Source of the DNA: Cetorhinus maximus
Lineage: Eukaryota
Length of the DNA stretch: 64,000 nt
NCBI RefSeq assembly: GCF_964194155.1
Contig: NC_135916.1
Location: forward strand, 1,798,001-1,862,000
Reading direction: 5' to 3'
The translations under genes were made by a program, and so were the position numbers. The notes beneath the pieces were generated by a model. The model was not told where the DNA came from, did not search any database, and saw nothing but the letters and a program-made list of their open reading frames with translations. The number at the start of each line of letters is the position of its first letter. The stretch's first letter is position 1. This document shows, in pieces, positions 24,101-38,626 of the stretch.

Positions 24101-27100
24101 TTCTAGATGTTTAATCAGAAAGGGCCAGATCCAAGTTATAGTGAACTGCTGCCACCTCCTGACAGAAGATGAGCCGTGCAACAACATACGTACGCAGCAG
24201 AAGCAATTTAAATTAGATGATGTAACAGGGAAGTGACAAAATCAAATTCAAAACTCCAAAACTCTATAGTGTAATGTGTTCCTACATGCAGATGGTGTAG
24301 CGTAGGATAGAGTCTGATGGTCAGACAGGGATTAACATACCTGCCTTACAAGCAGTTGACCATAGTTTGACAACTGCCTGTTGCACTGGATGGTTATTGA
24401 CCATCCTGTCCATGCAAATCAGAGAACTAATCTCTGCACAGAAGGAGGCCGCTGCTAATGAATAAAAAGAGATAAATCAGCACGATCGTTGATGTATTCC
24501 CAGTGTGAAATTCGGCTTCGGGGCGCTGCCGCACTCATAAAGCCGATATTGACAAGTACAGTCAATAACGTATCACCACTCTCATAGGGGGCACTGACAG
24601 ATACAGAAGAAAGCTGGATTCTGGTAACAGGGGCAGACACCCACATTAAAAAGCCACAGACACATACCAGAGATGGAGAGGTGCAGAATAAAATGATTTT
24701 TTTCAATACCGACTTTTCAAAATAGGCAGAGATTGGGTACAGAGAGATCAGGTGTTGATAACTACAGTAAAATCACATGTGAAAATGCATCAAAATATGT
24801 AAGTTGATAATTAAAACATAACAGCCCGTACCAAAGACCAAGAGTCTGGGGGCACGTTAAATTCCCCTCAAAAGATCTCATGCCATATCTGAAATAAGGA
24901 GAAAGTGTAATTTTAATTAGTACAGCCTGAATACACAACACGTTCCAGGTCAATATGCTCACTATGATTCATAACGTAAAATCGTTACAAACCGAATCAA
25001 TCAGATATGACATACAAAGCATGTAATTTCAAGGGTCTCATTATCATTCACAAAGGTTTTTGCCGAGTTGCAGCCTGAATGCTATACCTTAGTTCAAACA
25101 AAACAAATGAATAAAACCGGTCTTTGATAAATGCAAAGTTTCATGTCTAAATCTGCAACAGAGCCGGGAAACAGTAACAGATTAAGGAATTGAAGAAATA
25201 GTTTTCACACACATGCATGGGATCCATATTGGGTACAGGAGGAACCTACACATGTACAATAAAGGAAAAATATACACAGAGCACAAATTTGAGATACACG
25301 ATCGGTACAATCATTGAGATATAGGGAATTAATTCCACAATAGGTGACGATCACAGGATTGACAATTAAATTTCATGTAAATTAATTCCAAAACTACATC
25401 CTGTACTGGACGAAGACAAATGGGAAATGATTCCTGCACACTCCCACACAAACACTCACACACTCGCAGACTCATGCACTAACACACACAGACACACATG
25501 CAAAGCAAACTCACACACAAACATAAACACACATGCGCACAAGATCTATTGCATACTTACACAAACACACGCACACAAAAATATAAACACAGGCACACCC
25601 AGAACAAACAAAGCATTAATCCAATCACAAACAGAGTAGCAGAAAATTAAATGCAGAGATAGAGCCACACACACACAAACACGCGCGCACACAAACACAC
25701 ACACACAAACACACACACACAAACACACACACACACACAAACACGTATACAGACACACGACAAAAAAAGGAAAAACAGTCAAAAAGACACAGAGGAAACC
25801 CACAGTCACATAACATGCCACAGATTGACGAACACAAAACAACTCTCACTCAAAGTTGTTGAATCAATCAGTATCTCTTTGAACCTCACACTTAGTTCCA
25901 GATATTGACAGATTCAGATGGAATTCACTCTCACTGGTTGCACCAGGGCATAGAATTAATCCTACTCTTGAGTACTTAAGAGATACTTAGCGATACACAG
26001 AGGTACAATTAAATCCACCTATAATACAAGAGTACTGCTTAGTGCAAAATTAACTCGATCACAGTACACAGATAGCGAGAGGACATAATGAAATACACAA
26101 TTTCCCAATCCTAAACAAACATTGTGAAACGAAATGAATTCTACACCGCAAGGTTGACAAAAATGACATTTAGTGTATTAATCCTGCAGTCATACACAGT
26201 ACCACAAACTGACAGGTGCTGAAGGGTAACACCTTTCGTCTGTAGCACCAGAGACTGATACACACGGAATGAATCTGACATTTTTGCAGCTTGTCAAAAG
26301 CTGATGGCAGCAGAAGCAAAGTCCACCTCTCAGTCACTTCCAGGCCCTGACAGCTATAGAATAAAATGCATAAATCAATTGCAGTGACGGAGAGGTTCAG
26401 AGCTAAAGTCACTATTCCATTGCAGAAAACAGCAAGTGCAGAATATAACAGCTTGTTCCGATCAGTATGGAGGGCGATTAGTTGGCCACTGCCATTGCCT
26501 CTTTAACGGGGGGCGGGGGGCTAGCTAGGCAAGTTCCAAGAGCAGCATTAGGCCCGTTGCTTCTCGACGTGTGTTCAGAAACGATAAGGTGCAAGTTATT
26601 GTTACCTGGCTCCATCTGCAGACCGAACACGAGTCGTGCAACAAGATAAATACTCATTCGGAACCACTGCAAATTGGAGTGAATTAATAACCTGCAATCT
26701 GGATACAATATTATAATATAATTTTATTATTTTTAAAATAATATCACACTTGTACATCCAGGCCGATATTGCTTAACCGCAGCACTCGGTAAACGTGAAA
26801 TTCCGCCGGCTGTTAGGACTGCAAAAAGGTCTGAGTTTAAACACGGATGGATTCCTGATTTTAAAAGCGAGTGTGGTACTTGCAATTAAATATGATATAG
26901 TACAATAAGGGAGGCCTATCTTTTAATCGTTTGGAACTGACTGGGTTAACTTTAACGACGATTTTCTGCCAGAAATTAATCTATTACTGTTTCCCGGCTC
27001 TGATGCACATTTAAACATGAAACTTTGTTTTTATCAAAGACAGGTTTCATTCATTGGTTTTGTGTGAACTAAGGTGTAGCCTTCAGTCTGCAACTCCGGC

Positions 27101-29436
27101 AAAGTCTTTGTGAATGAGACTCAGGAACTCATGTTATGTATGTCATATCTGTTTGATTCAGTTTGTAATGAAAAAAAGACAGGGTGAAAATATTGCGAAG
27201 AAGCGAGAATAATGCGTCTCAAAATAGCTCCTCCTGATCATATTATAATAAATGATGGCCTTTATCTTGTGACCTCGGTATTAGTTTGGGAGCTGTCAGC
27301 TAAGCTTGGAGTCGAACATCGAGAGGTAGAAAGGAAGTGAATTCCTGAAAACCGAACTAAATTAAACCATGAAAACTTGTGTGACTCACGATAGTTTTGT
27401 GAATGTTGAACGCGCAGATGGAAACGCTGTGTTTTTATAAAACTACATGCTTTGCATGTGTGTCTGTTTGTGTTAGTGCATGATTCTGCGGTTGTGTGCG
27501 TGTTTGTGTGGGAGTGGGCAGGGCTAATTTCCCATTTGTCTTTCTCTGGTACAGAATGTAGTTTTGGAATTAATTTACATGAAATTTAATTGTCTACCTC
27601 CTGACCGTCAGCTGTGTTGGAATTAATTCCATAAATCTCAATTATTGCACTGATTGTGTATCTCAAATTTGTGCTCTGTGTATATGAATCCATTATTGTA
27701 CATGTGTAGATTTTGTCTTTACCTAACTTTTATCCCTTGCATGTTTGTGAAATCTATTTCTTCAATGCATTAATCAAATCGACAGGCTAACACTAGCAAT
27801 CATTTACCAAGACCTGACAAGTACTGAGTCGCAGTCACATACAGAATCACAGAAACTGATTGACTATATGAATAACAACTTGAACTTCACATCTAATTCC
27901 AGATGTTGAGACATTCAAATGAAATCCCACTTTTGTGGATAGCGTAACATATTAGATATAGAGTTAATCCAACTCATGCAAAAATCACAGATACTGAGTG
28001 ATACAGAGAGGGGAAAATATATTCATTCACATATAATACAAGATACTGGAGGTAACAAAATGAATGCAGCTTGATCACATGTTCACCACCCTCCGAGTGA
28101 AGAGGTTTCTGCTCATCACAGTCCTAAATGGCCTACCCCCTATCCTGAGATTATGAACACTTGTTCTAGGCTTCGCACTCAGAAAAAACATCATCCCTGC
28201 ACCAGGTCTGTCCAGCCCTGTCAGTATTTCAAATACATCCCCCTTTCATTCTACAAAATTTGAGTGAATACAGACCGAAACTGTTCAATCTCTCCTCATG
28301 CAACAAACCTGCCAGCCCTTGAATCAGCCTGGTGATCATTTGCTGCACGGAGGTACCCTCATATATCAAAATTACCCAACCTATCACTATTTAAATAAAC
28401 TCTGCCATTCTTTTTTTACCAGCCAAAATGGATAAATTCACATCTATCCACGTTATACAGCATCTGCCCTGTTTTTGTCCACTCTCGCATCTTCTCTCAA
28501 TCTCCATGAACACTCTTAATTTCCTCCTCATCTCTCACATTCCCTCCTAGCTTTGTGTCATCAGCAATCTTAGAAATATTACCTTTGGTTCCATCATCAA
28601 AATAATTGTTGTATATTCTGAATACTGGGGCCCAGGCACTGATCTCTTTGCAACATCACTTGTCACCTCCTGCCAATCTCAAAAAGACTGATTTATTCCT
28701 GTTCTCTGTTTCCTGTTTGCTAATCTTTTCTCAATCCATGCCCATATATTATTACTCCCATCCAATGCACTTCAATGTAGTACACTAACGTCTTTTGTGG
28801 GGCTTTATCAACAGCTTTCTGAAAATCCAAATGCACCATATCATTTGGTTCTCCCTTGTCTATTTTGCTAGTTACCTCTCCAAAAAAGCTCCAATAGATT
28901 TATCCAACATGATTTCCTTTCATAAATGCATGCTGTCTTTGTCCAATTTCGTTGATATTGTCTAAGTGTCCTGTTATGAAATAATAGACAATTGGTCTGA
29001 CATTCCTTGTTTTTTCCCTAATGTGTTTTGGAATAATTGCCATTACAGATTAAAGTTCACATTTATATATCATGAAGAGGCAGGTATTCCATACACCCAT
29101 AGCAGGATTGGACAGATAATGTGGGAAATAAAATGACAATAGAAACATACTCTGATATTTGTAGTAACATATGTCGACTGAAATATAAAATAATGTCCAG
29201 GGACTGACATGCACCAGGTAAAATCCACACTGACTTAAAACTGAATTTTGCAGAGATAAAAACAAAAACAGAAACACATTTCGGATTTAAATTTAGGAAG
29301 AAAAACTCTATTATTGACCATAGAGTGTTAGTGAATGAAAGCTACATTTAAATACCAGATAATGATTGGTAGGCTTAACCCCAGAATCACATAGCCTGCA
29401 GAGAATTGTTATTTTTATTTTTTGTCTGGAATACAT

Positions 29437-29973
29437 AAAACACATAAGAACAAGGAGCAGGAGTAGGCAATTAAACCCCTCGATCCTGCCCTGCCATTCT
29501 TTAAGATCTCATTTTGGCCTCAACGAAAATTTCCCTCCCTCTCCCCATAACCTTTCAACCCGTTACTAATTAAAAATCTGTCCACCTCATCCTCAAATTT
29601 ATTCAGCATCCAGGCATCCATTGCGTTCTGAGGTAGTGAATTCCACAGGTTCATGACCCTTTGAGAACAGGAATTCCTCCTAATCTCTGATTAAAATCTA
29701 CCACCTCTTAGCCTAAAACTATGGCCTTTCGTTCTAGAATGCCCCACGAGGGAAAACGTTCGCTCTATGTCAACTTTGTCTATCCCATTTAGCATCTTAT
29801 GTACCTCAATTAGATCTCCTCTCATCCTTCCAAACTCGGGCGACTATAGGCCTAAACTGCTCAACCTCTCCTCGTTAGACTAGCCTCGCATCTCTGGAAT
29901 CAATCTAGTGAACCTCCCCCGAACCGCCTCCAGTGCAACTACATCCTTCCTCAAGCGAGGGGACCAAAACTGT
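29437..29973 (-). mobile_element. CR1 3' fragment, unit-specific insertion
   Basis: CR1 tail (cataagaac) and ORF2 end; TSD GAATACA; empty site at ~7522 and ~49802. Confidence 0.85.
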
Positions 29974-30647
29974 GAATACAATGTATGCTTGCTGCTTCAG
30001 AATAGACCCTGCCTTGTTGCATAAATGTAATCAAGCAGAGTCTATCTTTGACCCCCTCAAAGATGCTATCCCTCCCCAGCATTATAAAAGCTGATTTGAT
30101 TAAATCATTCCGTATAAGTCCTGGCGGTGTAGGAAGCCTCAGTGTCAATACTGGCAAATTTACGCCAAAAAATGTGCACTCCGCTTTTGACACTCACGAA
30201 CATGTAAAAAACAAAAGTTTTGATTCTGGTAAATTGGCGCCTTTATTGTCCTCTTGTCCACAGGCAAAACCAGAAACTGACAGTTTCAGGTAAAATGTTA
30301 TCGAGGAAAAGAGAGCGAGAAATCTTATAACATTCTGTAACAGAACTGCTTTAATGTTAAGCATTGGCACGATTTGTATAGGAATTTTCCTTCGATAGCT
30401 AAGATGATTTCTGTGCGATATTTCCTTTGATTAATTTTTTGGCGGACTTTTCCAGTTTGAAATATATAATCGTTTGTTTAACTGATGATTTGGCGCCCTT
30501 AACTTCCGACTTCATACGTTGCTTGCCCGCATTGGTGAGTCAGGCAGAAATCTGATTGGTAATATGAAGAATATTATGAGCTATAATATAATTGACCAAT
30601 CAGCTCTGAGCGCACCACCATTCCTCCTGAGGGTATAAGGGAACTGA

Positions 30648-31091
<444 letters not shown>

Positions 31092-31549
31092 AGCGACCAT
31101 TCTTTAAACTGAGAACCCAAAGGCTCTTTTCAGAGCCACTCACTTAATCAGTGAAAGGGGCGACCTGTTGTCTATCCGGATGCGCGATAACATCCCTATC
31201 GATTCGGAGTGACATTATATTTCTAATGCGATCTGTGAAAGCGCTGGTTACAACGAGACGCTGGCGCTGTTGCCTGTACCAGACACCAGGAGTCTGTGCT
31301 GCATCTATATATGATCAATTGACAATGTTCAGGAAAATGTTCATTGAATAATTAACTGATCCCAATTCCAATTAAATGTGAAATTACACACAATTGTTCA
31401 CGGAATCACCTCAAATCCGCCAAATGCAGCAGAGGGGAGGAACCGGATGAAATATTTCAGAGCTGAATTGTTGCACTGGGAGCTGAATCCGGGTTTTAGC
31501 CCTAATGAAAATTATATGCAGAAGAGGTGGCGTCTTTTAACAATTGATC

Positions 31550-31591
31550 GCAGCTCTTTCTCTGACCGACTTTGTGGCTCTTAAAAGAGCC
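31550..31591 (-). terminator. Histone mRNA 3' stem-loop and HDE (H3)
   Basis: GGCTCTTTTAAGAGCC then GAGAAAGAGCTG; equivalents at 9463 and 51373. Confidence 0.93.
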
Positions 31592-31623
31592 TTTGTTGCA
31601 CTTGGTGCTGGGGGGTCGGGTTT

Positions 31624-32205
<582 letters not shown>

Positions 32206-32903
32206 AGCAGCAACTGACAGTTCATCAATTTCAAAAAGCCCGCCAATTTCAGCGGGACGAGTAACTGACATTAAAATAAACCTAGTTTGAAAGCAGGTAA
32301 AATCAATCTCAATGAAAATTATAATAAGCTCTCAATCTTTTCGATCCCCATTTCGGTCCCTGCACCGACTTCCTGCTTTCGAACACGGATTCATTCCCTG
32401 ATCGGCTTACAGCAGGCTGGAATAAAACTCCTATTAATGGCCGGAATTTTGGGTTTCACATATAAACCTGATCAACGGTATCGGTTTATTCATGTCAAAT
32501 CGCTATAGATGTTATAGAGAGAATGGTGTGGGCCCTGTTTCCAGTGTTTTATGACTGGGGGAGGCGATTGTGGGTGAGGAGCTTGCGGACACTTTGTGTA
32601 AACCATCTTTATTTCTAACTTTATATATTTGAAAGATCTACCACAATGTGCGTAAATGCATCTTCACAGTCCAGACCATGCACCAAAAGCGGAGATTCCA
32701 CTTCACCCTTCCGTACGGTATAGGATGCAGATCCTTCGTGATCAACAGCATTTTATCCTTCAATCAATGAATCGGTAATATTCTGTGTCATGTTTGCTGC
32801 AACATCTGTTTTAAAAGTATTTCGCGTCAAGGGCCACTAAATATTTGCCGTACATTCCCGTTTATATCCGGATTCTTTCATTGATCGTCCTGAAACAGGC
32901 CAG

Positions 32904-33114
32904 TGGCCCTCCATCCAGCTCTACATGTCCCACCCCCTCAAACCAGCTTATCTTTCACTTCTTTTCTATTTTTCCTTAGTTCTGTTGAAGAGTCATGCGG
33001 ACTCGAAACGTTAACTGTGTTCCTCTCAGCAGATGCTGTCAGACCTGCTGAGTTTTTCCAGGTATTTTTGTTTCTGTTTTGGATTTCCAGCATCCGCTGT
33101 TTTTTTGCTTTTAT
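32904..33114 (+). mobile_element. Short Penelope pLTR insertion
   Basis: Homologous to 54895-55070; interrupts caggccag|aataaagctc, which is uninterrupted at ~10638. Confidence 0.85.
32978..33016 (+). ncRNA. Minimal hammerhead ribozyme motif
   Basis: AGUU-CUGUUGA-A-GAGUC/GACUC-GAAAC-GUU-AACU. Confidence 0.7.
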
Positions 33115-33625
33115 CAGGATAAAGCTCTGCTCAGTGCTCCCTGGAACCAGGCAACATGCTGCATCGATACCGGCTGATCCATGTAAAGCTCATCTACTGG
33201 TACCTCCCAGGTCCTGTCATTCGTCAGAGACCTAGGAAGAGAAGCGGCTAAAAAAGACAGGGTAAAAACAGAGCGAAGAAGCGAGAATGATGTGTCTCAA
33301 AATAGTTGCTACTGATCAAAGTGCAATAAATGATGATTTTTTTTCTTGTGAACTCGGTGTTATTTTGGGAGCTGACGTATTCCTCAGCCAAGATTGGAAT
33401 CTAGTCTCGGGAGGAAGAAATGAAGTAAATTCATGAAAACCGAACCAAATTAAACAGTGAAATTTGTGTGACTGATGATTGTATTCAGAAAGGAGAAGGA
33501 ACTAATGGCAAAATACAAAAACCTCGCATTCCCTCTCCCTCTCCGAGGTCACTGCTCTCAATGTGAGGTTGTGGGCGGCTCTTAGAAGAGCCTTTGGGTT
33601 TTGTTATAGAGTCGGGTCGATTTGT

Positions 33626-33946
<321 letters not shown>

Positions 33947-34689
33947 TCAGTCAAATCGCTGCTGAATGAGAAGGGAGCTGCTTCACGTTCCGCTTTTATA
34001 CAGCCCGCCCCGACCTGACTGAGGAAGGCAGAGAGAGAGAGGCGGGGCGGGAGAGACCGAGTGACAGACACAACTAACGTCTTTGGTAAACCAGCTCCTC
34101 CTCCTGCCTGCCAGAAACGCATTTATTTATCAAATTTTGAAGAGAGCTGAACAGAAAGCTTTTAAAGTAACTTAAACACGCCAACATCATAAACCAGCTA
34201 TTTAGAAAATCGTATTAAAATCAATACTGTCAGTAATATTCCCCCCTCAATACTACACTTTCTATAAAGAGTCAGATGCCTGCTTCTATTTCAATCCTTG
34301 TAAAATTCTATACTCACACATCTCTAAACTCACGCCTCACCCTTCCCTCCACACCGCCAAAAGGGATTGAGAAATTCGCTGACACCTCATCCAACAAAAT
34401 AAGATAAAATATACTGATATGGGTATTAGTTGTGAGGCGGGGTTTTACTCCATTGCAGACTCTCACCCTGAAAATGTGAATATATAAAAGATAAACTTTG
34501 AATGCACTGGGACACATCCCGGTTAGGGAGCTGTAAGGATATCCCTGTGTTTTATTGCACAGTGCGGGAGGGGACGGGTGGAGAGTGTGTCAGTGAGTGA
34601 GCGGGAAAATAGGATTTACGTGGGAGGAAAACGAAACATTTCCATCTGAAATCAGCTCCCAGCTCCGAGACACGGATCAAATAATCAGG

Positions 34690-34780
34690 GCATCAATTCT
34701 TTCATGTGAAATGTGGGTGGCTCTGAGAAGAACCTTTGGGTTTAGAGGTTTACAATTTGCTCGGGATCTTTCCCTTCTTC
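34690..34780 (-). pseudogene. H1: Orphan H1 3'UTR with mutated stem-loop; CDS deleted
   Basis: Matches 12250-12340, then breaks at tcccttcttc into inverted H1-upstream DNA; stem-loop reads GGTTCTTCTCAGAGCC (34719-34734). Confidence 0.88.
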
Positions 34781-35205
34781 CAATGCCTCAGAGTGTTTAA
34801 AGTTAGCTGAATTCACAATCGACAGCAAATAAATAGAAACCGGAGCAAAGATCGAAAAGAGAAGGAAATCTCTACCGAGACATTCACAATTGTTCATCTT
34901 GTTTCCAATGAACCTCTAAATGTGAACATTGTGTAAGAGAGTGTTTGAAGTGGGCGGGCGAGTCAGAGGAATGAAACTGTGTTTGTGTGTCCGTTCTGAT
35001 CAGGAAATTTCCGAGCCCCGCTTGGGTAAAATGAAAATATTTTCCAGAGGAATACACCCCCTGCTCCCCAGCTTAACCCCAAAGTGAGATTTCAAGACAA
35101 TTTCTTTGTTGTTTTCTAGATTTCGGTCTAAAAGTAGAGGTCATGTCAGCGATCGGGTGAAGGAGCCGCTGTAAATCAGGTTTAAATCGAAATGGGAGTC
35201 TGCAA
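34781..35205 (-). repeat. Inverted copy of H1 upstream region (continues at 36735-36805)
   Basis: Reverse complement of ~40345-40830. Confidence 0.88.
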
Positions 35206-36734
35206 AATAAAAACAGAATTACCTGGATAAACTCAGCAAATCTGGCAGCATCGGCGGAGAAGAAATCAGTCAACGTTTCGAGCCCTCATGGCCCTTCAGC
35301 AGAACTGAAGCATAGTTTCAACAAGGGAGAAATATAAATTGGTTTAAGGTGGGTGGGGGGGAAGAGACACATTGAGGGTGTGGTGTGAGCAGATAATCAA
35401 AAGATGTCACAGACAAAAGGGTCAAAGAGGTGTTGAAGGTGGTGGTCTTTGTCTGAGAAAAGTGCTAATTAAGAATGCAAGACAGGATATTCAAAGTACA
35501 GCTCTAGTGGGGGTGGAAAGACTAAAGGTTTTAGTTTTAGATTTAAAAATAATGGAAATAGGTGGGGAAAGATGAATCTATATAAATTATTGAAAAAAAG
35601 GCGGGTGGGGGGGGAAAAGAAACGGGGTGGGGATGGGGGGAGGGAGGTTTAAGATCTAAAGTTGTTGAATTCAATATTCAGCCCAGAAGGCTGTAAAGTG
35701 CCTAGTCGGAAGATGAGGTGCTGTTCCTCCAGTTTGCGTTGGGCTTCACTGGAACAATGCAGCAAGCCAAGGACAGACATGTGGGCAAGAGAACAGGGTG
35801 GAGTGTTAAAATGGCAAGCGACAGGGAGGTTTGGGTCTTTCTTGCGGACAGACCGCAGGTGTTCCGCAAAACGGTCGCCCAGTTTGCGTTTGGTCTCTCC
35901 AATGTAGAGGAGACCGCATTGGGAGCAACGAATGCAGTAGACTAAGTTAGGGGAAATGCAGGTGAAATGCTGCTTCACTTGAAAGGAGTGTTTGGGCCCT
36001 TGGACGGTGAGGAGAGAGGAAGTGAAGGGGCAGGTGTTGCATCTTCTGCGTGGGCATGGGGAGGTGCCATAAGTGGGGGTTGAGGAGTAGGGGGTGATGG
36101 AGGAGTGGACCAGGGTGTCCCGGAGGGAACGATCCCTACGGAATGCCGTCAAGGGGGGTGAAGGGAAGATGTGTTTGGTGGTGGCATCATGCTGGAGTTG
36201 GCAGAAATGGCGGAGGATGATCCTTTGAATGCGGAGGCTGGTGGGGTGATAAGTGAGGACAAGGAGGACCCTATCATGTTTCTGGGAGGGAGGAGAAGGC
36301 GTGAGGGCGGATGCGCGGGAGATGGGCCGGACACGGTTGAGGGCCCTGTCAACGACCGTGGGTGGAAAACCTCGGTTAAGGAAGAAGGAGGACATGTCAG
36401 AGGAACTGTTTTTGAAGGTAACATCATCAGAACAGATGCGACGGAGGCGAAGGAACTGAGAGAATGGGATGGAGTCCTTACAGGAAGCAGGGTGTGAGGA
36501 GCTGTAGTCGAGGTAGCTGTGGGAGTCGGTAGGCTTGTAATGGATATTGGTGGACAGTCTATCATCAGAAATTGAGACAGAGAGGTCAAGGAAGGGAAGG
36601 GAAGTGTCAGAGATGGACCACGTGAAAATGATGGAGGGGTGGAGATTGGAAGTAAAATTAATAAATTTTTCCAGGTCCCGACGAGAGCATGAAGCAGCAC
36701 CGAAGTAATCATCGATGTACCGGAGAAAGAGTTG
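35206..36734 (-). mobile_element. Penelope-like element, 5'-truncated just before RYIDD
   Basis: Near-identical to the 59 kb copy; open RT-thumb and GIY-YIG frame to stop at 35649; flanking repeat TGGGAGTCTGCAA (35193/36735). Confidence 0.92.
35267..35307 (-). ncRNA. Minimal hammerhead ribozyme motif
   Basis: CAGUU-CUGCUGA-A-GGGCC/GGCUC-GAAAC-GUU-GACUG. Confidence 0.68.
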
Positions 36735-36809
36735 TGGGAGTCTGCAATTCGCGTGAAATATTTTCGAAGGCAAACATTACAGTGTTAGAGATAAGAAGGA
36801 TTTATAAGA

Positions 36810-37290
36810 AGGAATCCCGCCGAGAAATTAGAAAAGAGCAGCGGGCTGCATGGGTTTCTGGGCCCTGATTGGTGGAGCAGAAACTGACAGTTCATCAATT
36901 TCAAAATGCCCGCCAATTTCAGAGGGACGAGTAACTGACATTAAAATAAACCTAGTTTGAAAGCTGATAAAATAAATCTCAAAGTAGAAATATAATATCT
37001 CGATGTTTGGGAGCCCCATTTCGGTCCCAGCTCCGACTTCCTGGTTTGGAACGTGGATTAAATTCTCATTCATTCATTGATCGGTTTACAACAGGCTGGA
37101 ATAAAACTCCTATTGATGGGGGAAATTTTGGCACTCACACAGAAACCTCATCAACTGACTCGGTTTATTCATGTCAACGCGCTATAGATGTCAAAGAGAA
37201 AATGGTGTGGTTCCTGTTTCTGCTGGTGAATAGGTGCGCGGTGGGTTCTTTATGGGGGAGGGGGGCTTGCAGACCGTTTATTTAAACCGT
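36810..37290 (-). promoter_or_regulatory. Orphan H3 upstream region (distal CCAAT only; no H3 gene)
   Basis: aatcccgccgagaaatt...ccctgattggtggagc matches 32143 onward, but proximal CCAAT, TATA and CDS are absent. Confidence 0.85.
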
Positions 37291-38260
37291 GTATCTGTCG
37301 AAATTTACATTGATGAACGATTATGTTCTAATTATTGTAATAGGTAAAATGAACTGGCGGAAACTGCATCCCTCTCTCATTCCGGCTTCATTATGTGTTG
37401 GGTTTGAACAACATTTTGTCTTTGACTGTACATCACAACCATGTGCCCTTGCTACGGCGGACCTCAATTTAATGGATTTACCCAATACCCCACTTTCATT
37501 CAAACTCTCTTCCACAATTATTCCGAAATGCATGTTTAGTATAGTCCAAACCGAGCGCCAAAAGCAGAGTTTTCCCTTCTGATAGAGAAATAAAGTTGTA
37601 CAACATAGAAACAGTCCATCGTGTCCTGGGCGGCCATCAAACAGCTATCTGTTCAAACCTTCTGTTCGGCCCGTGTTGCAGAATAGAGGTGATTAAGGGT
37701 ATTTTTATTTTTCAAGTCTGTAAATCGATATTGGTCTGATTCATGCCTGCTGTAAAATCTGATCTGAATATAATCGGCAGCAAGAGCCAGTCAATGTCTG
37801 CATTATAACCCGTCTTGAATTCGGAATCTTTATCTGATTGTTCAGCGACAGGCCAGAATAAAGCTCTGTTCAGACAACGTGCTGCATCGATACAGGCTGA
37901 TCCAAATAAAGCTGGTACCTCCCAGGTCCTGTCATGCGTCAAAGACCCAGGAATAGAAACCGATGGAAAAATAAAAATAAAATTAGATGGACGAAGGGGG
38001 AATGCAAGGTTTCAGAACAGTTACTCCTGGTGAAATTCGACATTACATTGGGTAAAGCCGTGGTCCTCGGATGGATAGAACGCGAATTCGTGAAAACTGA
38101 CCTAAATAAAACCAAGGCATTTTTGGGACTCACGATGGTATTGTGTGAAGAGGATGTAATGGTGGCAAAGCAGTGCCTCTTAATAAAAAAATACAAAGAT
38201 TTATTTTCCCCTCTCCCCCTTCAGAAGTCACTGCTCTCAATGTGAGGTTGTGGGCGGCTC

Positions 38261-38626
<366 letters not shown>

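Noticed and set aside
24147-24163. CTCF-like motif (ctgccacctcctgac)
   Set aside because: Single imperfect match, not repeated in other units; unsupported without ChIP data.
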